In this document: piece after piece, positions 60,270 through 64,000 of the stretch
Numbering within the stretch: the stretch's first letter is position 1
How the letters are laid out: each line of letters starts with the position of its first letter
Assembly (NCBI GenBank): GCA_030704615.1
Contig: CM060732.1
Coordinates: 35,588,001 to 35,652,000 of the forward strand
Reading direction: 5' to 3'
Origin: Takakia lepidozioides
Lineage: Eukaryota; Plantae; Bryophyta
DNA: 64,000 bases
Notes under the pieces: generated by a model
Told to the model about the DNA's origin: nothing
Seen by the model: the letters and a program-made list of their open reading frames with translations, nothing else
Database searches by the model: none
Made by a program: the position numbers and the translations under genes

Positions 60270-60727
60270 TTGGGAAATTTGGCGCCGAAATAGCCCAGTG
60301 CGCGCCTTCGTTATATGGGCCTCAAAAATTCCACGGATGAATTACTGTACCAAAATATCGCGATGGAAGCCTTTAGCACAAGGCACTTCAGCACATTCCA
60401 CTTGGGTATTTTGGCGCCCAAATAGCCCGTTCTGCGCCATTAAATACCGCACTATATCACATTTTAAGAGGTAATTTCGGTGCAGAAATACCCCGGTGGA
60501 TGTCTTCAAAACACCATTTTAGCACACTTCTCTTGGGAATAACGGCGCCGAAATACCTCATTCCGCATCCTGGACCAGGAGAAACAGACCCTATTACCGA
60601 GGTAAGAGGACATAACACCGTCAATAAAGGCAGGAAAATTCCAATTCCGCGGATGCCCGCTCATGAGCTCATAGGCTCATAGGCTCATAGGCTCATGCGC
60701 TCATGCGCTCATGGAATAGCAACCCCC
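60270..60727. repeat. Right subterminal palindrome array (~65-bp period) and TIR with GCTCAT repeats
   Basis: Cores near 60275, 60340, 60407, 60473, 60538; TIR ~60654-60727. Confidence 0.85.
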
Positions 60728-60835
60728 TCACCGACAAGTCTATGAGAAATTCTTTCTTATAGCTATGCATCATATACAGCCCTGACCACAAATGACAGCC
60801 AAGACAACGGTGGCTAAAAGAAGTTGAGTAGACAC

Positions 60836-61461
60836 CTACGTTCTCTTGGATGACAAACCCAAAAATGGACACCACGTCGACCCCTATAAACCCATAGTAC
60901 GTGCTCAAATCCAAAGTCCTCTGCAAGAACAAATGAACAAAAGCATATTGAATCCATTCCTGATATGTGCAGCCATGAGAAGCTTAGTTGCAGCTTCAAG
61001 ACACAAGGGCTTAAGGAGAAGTGTGCTATTTGGAACCTCTAGAGGGCCAAGAACAAGTTTCATTGTGAAACTTTTAATCACATGCATGCCTCAGCCACAA
61101 TTACAAGCTCAACTAGAATCATCCCGTATCAGAACCTCCAAAAAACTATGTGTATGGGGAAAATGACTGTTCCTCGTCGAAAAGTATTGATTGCATAACA
61201 TCATCAGCTACGATAGCATGCGAATAGCATGTACCTGCATACATGTACATTCAATGAAAGAGTGACAAGTCAATGCGCCAGAGCACAATCTATTATAAGA
61301 CCTTGTGGGATCTTGACGAAGTAAACTAAGAGGGGAAAAAAAATTAGACCTCTGAGAGCAGTATCCATAACTTTGATGACAATTGTCCTGAGAGGCCAAC
61401 ATTGCAGACATACATCTGCCCCGCTGCAACAATGGCAAATGTCATCATAGTCTGTCATATC
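60836..61461 (-). pseudogene. DNA primase small subunit gene fragment, two exons (61350-61461, 60836-60920)
   Basis: DMTDYDDICHCCSGADVCLQCWPL..IKVMDTALR|[23 protein letters not shown]; canonical motif YSGRRGVHCW is mutated; GT-AG borders join in frame. Confidence 0.88.
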
Positions 61462-62018
61462 CTGCCAGAACTACGACCCCTTAAGCACAACTTTAAGACA
61501 GCATGCCCTCTCAGACACGCAGCTTCATTCTTCTGCTTTATTTCATTGAAAGGGCGGGGGCATCCCCCTGATTGGGGTTGCATCACAAAGCCGATGTCCT
61601 GAATTTGTGAGCACTTTAACTTTTTCTATCATATTTTGTCCCATGGGCTCTCTCTCTCTCATGGGCGAAGGCAAACGACGTCTTATGAGTACATTCTCTC
61701 TCATGGGCAACAGTTTTAGTTTTTTCATATGTTTTTTTGGTTGATATATTTGTGTCACATGCACATAGAACTTTCAGATCAGGGCCAGAAGCTCACAATG
61801 TCAAAAACAAACTCCCTCTCCATAGGAGACAAGACTCGGTCTGCTCCCAGGCTTGAATTATGTTGTCCTCTTAGCAGGCTGCAGCACCACTACATTCAAT
61901 CGATATGTAGCCATAAACTGAGATGTAGTGAAGAGACAAGTCATCATCCTCACTGCTCCATGTTTGTAACGTAGACTTAAAAACCCAAGTTTACACCAAA
62001 CAAATGACTTCATTTGTC

Positions 62019-62547
62019 TGTCGTGCGCATACATATCGCTACACAACTACATCGCTGTCCAAACCACACCATATATATATGCACAATAAAGTAGTCTGCC
62101 ACAATTGATTGAGAAAGCTAAGAACACACACTCTCAACACAAGAAATATGAAATCCATCGCTATCACTCTTTGAAATAGTAGTCGAGCCAGGGGCACCCC
62201 AAGCTATGGGGACTCCACCCCACAACAACCTACACTCCCATCATGAGTACACTCAGATCTAAACGCATGCAGGAGCTCGGTCGCGCAGGCTCAACTCGAG
62301 AGAGATGAGCCACGCGACTGCCGCTCTCGTGAAGATAAGGCCGTTTAGGTGTCAAACTAAACTTGACACCTGATTTAACACTTGACCTAAATCCAAGTGT
62401 TAAATACAAATAACTAGCTTTATTCTAGTTGTTTTCACACTGTGCTTATTTAACTTGACAACTGTCGTGCGCATACATATCGCTACACAACTACATCGTT
62501 GTCCAAACCACACCACATATATATGCACAATAAAGTAGTCTGCCACA
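62019..62547 (-). repeat. 3' LTR region of the right-hand Gypsy element with 85-bp direct repeats at 62019-62103 and 62463-62547
   Basis: Minus strand AGGGGGGCGA (PPT) then TGTGGCAGAC...GCACGACA; the TGT..ACA unit occurs twice. Confidence 0.65.
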
Positions 62548-62814
62548 ATCGCCCCCCTAGCTGGTGGGTAGGTCCCTCTACCTCCAGATAGCTACAAGAC
62601 GTAATAGCCATAGCCGTACTAAGTCCTCTATCACTGTCCCTATCGTACTCAAACTCTATAGACCAAGAGGCCGGGTACAAGAGTAGCCCCATCGTTAGTC
62701 GCCGTCTTGCAATCTGTGAACTTGAGCCAGGACTTCGTGTATTCAAGGTATCCTGTAGCTGGGCCTTGCGTTGCTTGTTAGCCTTCCATGGTTGTATCCA
62801 CTCCCACTATCCAA

Positions 62815-64000
62815 TGCATTGTGGACATAACTAATCCCCATCCGGAACCATCTCAAGAGGTGGAGTCAAGCATCCCATATGCCAACCTCTAGAGCATCGA
62901 TCACACACCAGCATTGTGGCTGCCCCTTTAGCAGACCCACACAACATGCACCTCAAACCTGTAGATACCACTGCCAGGTTTGGGTCAATCTTGCCATCGA
63001 CATTCGGAAGGTGACATGGCGCACAATTACGCACATGGTCCTTCCAAGTTATGCCATCCTGACCCTCCAAGACCAAGACGCCTGAGGGCAAGACCTCTCG
63101 AACCCTCAAAATAACACGTCCTGCAGTCACATCCAGGGTCGTAGCAGCAGTCTGCTGCAGATAGACATAGTCACCAGGGTTGAATCTCCGAACCCCAGGA
63201 CGATAGCCCCCACCACGTATGGTAGCATACCTCAACGTATCACGGTGTTGTGCAATGGCAAGGTTCTCGAAAGCCATGGGCATGACTCTCTTGAACAACT
63301 CTACACGCTGCTCACATGCATGTGCCCACACGTCCGGATCGTCAAGGTTAAGAACTGTAGCAGCTTCTCTGCGAATGGATGTAGGCAAATCCGGCTCTCG
63401 GCCAAAGAGAAGAAATTATGGTGAGAAGGAGGCAAGTGATGCTTGCTTGCTGAACCTGTAGCCCATGGCTAACCAGAGTAACTGAAGGTCCCAATCTCCT
63501 AGGTGTCCCTTCTGCAAGCCATACTTGCGCAAACCCCTCTTTACTGTCTGAACAACTCTCTCTGCCAAGCCATCGGCTTCAGGATGATCCCGAGAAGTGG
63601 TGCGGTGGTCTATCAAGGCCTTGTCACACAAAGCCTGAAACTCCCCCAAGAACTCTCTCCCTTGGTCCGTGAGTACCTCAGCTGGGGCACCGAATCGGCT
63701 AAGCACACAATCCAAGAATGCATACGCAGCTCCCTCACTAGCCTTATCAGGCAATGGAACCAATTCAATCCACTTGGAGAAGTGCTCCACCATCACCAAC
63801 ACGTACTTGTTGTGGCGCATGGTCAGTGGCAACGGCCCTGCGAAGTCAAGACTCCACCTGTAGCCCAATCCCATGATCGGAAGAGGGTGCAATTGTGGAG
63901 TAGGGGCGTTGAATGAAGCACGCACCCTGTCACACACCATGCACCTAACCACAAATTGTTGCACCTCTGTGTGCATACCACGCCACCAATACTGCCCCTG
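62815..64000 (-). pseudogene. Ty3/Gypsy integrase with C-terminal PHD finger (runs off the window)
   Basis: CMVCDR, WSLDFAGP, EHFSKWIE, LTDQGREF, HPEADGLAER; CMLC...LVCDRCSRGWHMGCL.PPL..VPDGD*LCPQC. Confidence 0.9.

Larger units (their letters stand above)
47062..60727. mobile_element. 13.7-kb Mutator-like TIR transposon with a ParB-methyltransferase-like cargo gene
   Basis: Left end GAGGTTTACTATTCCATGAGC..(CATGAG repeats)..CATGAGCGGGCAT vs reverse complement of the right end GGGGTTTGCTATTCCATGAGC..CATGAGCGGGCAT; shared palindrome arrays; DDE transposase; no TSD found. Confidence 0.85.

Noticed and set aside
61005-61035. KGLRRSV resembling a further primase exon on the plus strand
   Set aside because: Only ~5 residues match, similarity stops at once, and it lies within the minus-strand primase intron

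Overview
Repeat-saturated eukaryotic DNA, almost certainly from a land plant: it has TTTAGGG telomeric repeats, GT-AG introns and plant DNA-primase exons, and the element types suggest a non-seed plant (inference). No intact host gene is visible. (1) 1-7750 is a chain of endonuclease-less Penelope-like (PLE) retroelement pieces separated by short telomeric tracts, with several minimal hammerhead ribozymes and two inversion points. (2) 7752-10780 is a remnant of a Mutator-like element with a ~95-bp palindromic array, followed by a Gypsy integrase scrap. (3) 11858-44543 is one nearly complete telomere-type PLE. Its RT is split by a 13.1-kb CACTA transposon (13557-26644, TSD ATG) and a 15.4-kb Ty3/Gypsy element (26766-42133, TSD GTACT), and rejoins in frame when both are removed. 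(4) 47062-60727 is a 13.7-kb TIR element and the best candidate for an undescribed system. It encodes a Mutator-like DDE transposase (GCM/WRKY-like zinc finger and SWIM) and, divergently, an intron-containing gene fusing a ParB/Srx-like domain to a beta-class N6A/N4C DNA-methyltransferase-like domain. Phased arrays of the palindrome AATTTCGGCGCCGAAATT lie between the genes, near both ends and in introns. (5) Primase small-subunit exons flank this element in opposite orientations, and a Gypsy integrase with a PHD finger runs off the right edge. A 500-N gap with a flanking 1.4-kb false duplication lies at 36802-37301. All protein assignments are by-eye motif recognition, not database searches.
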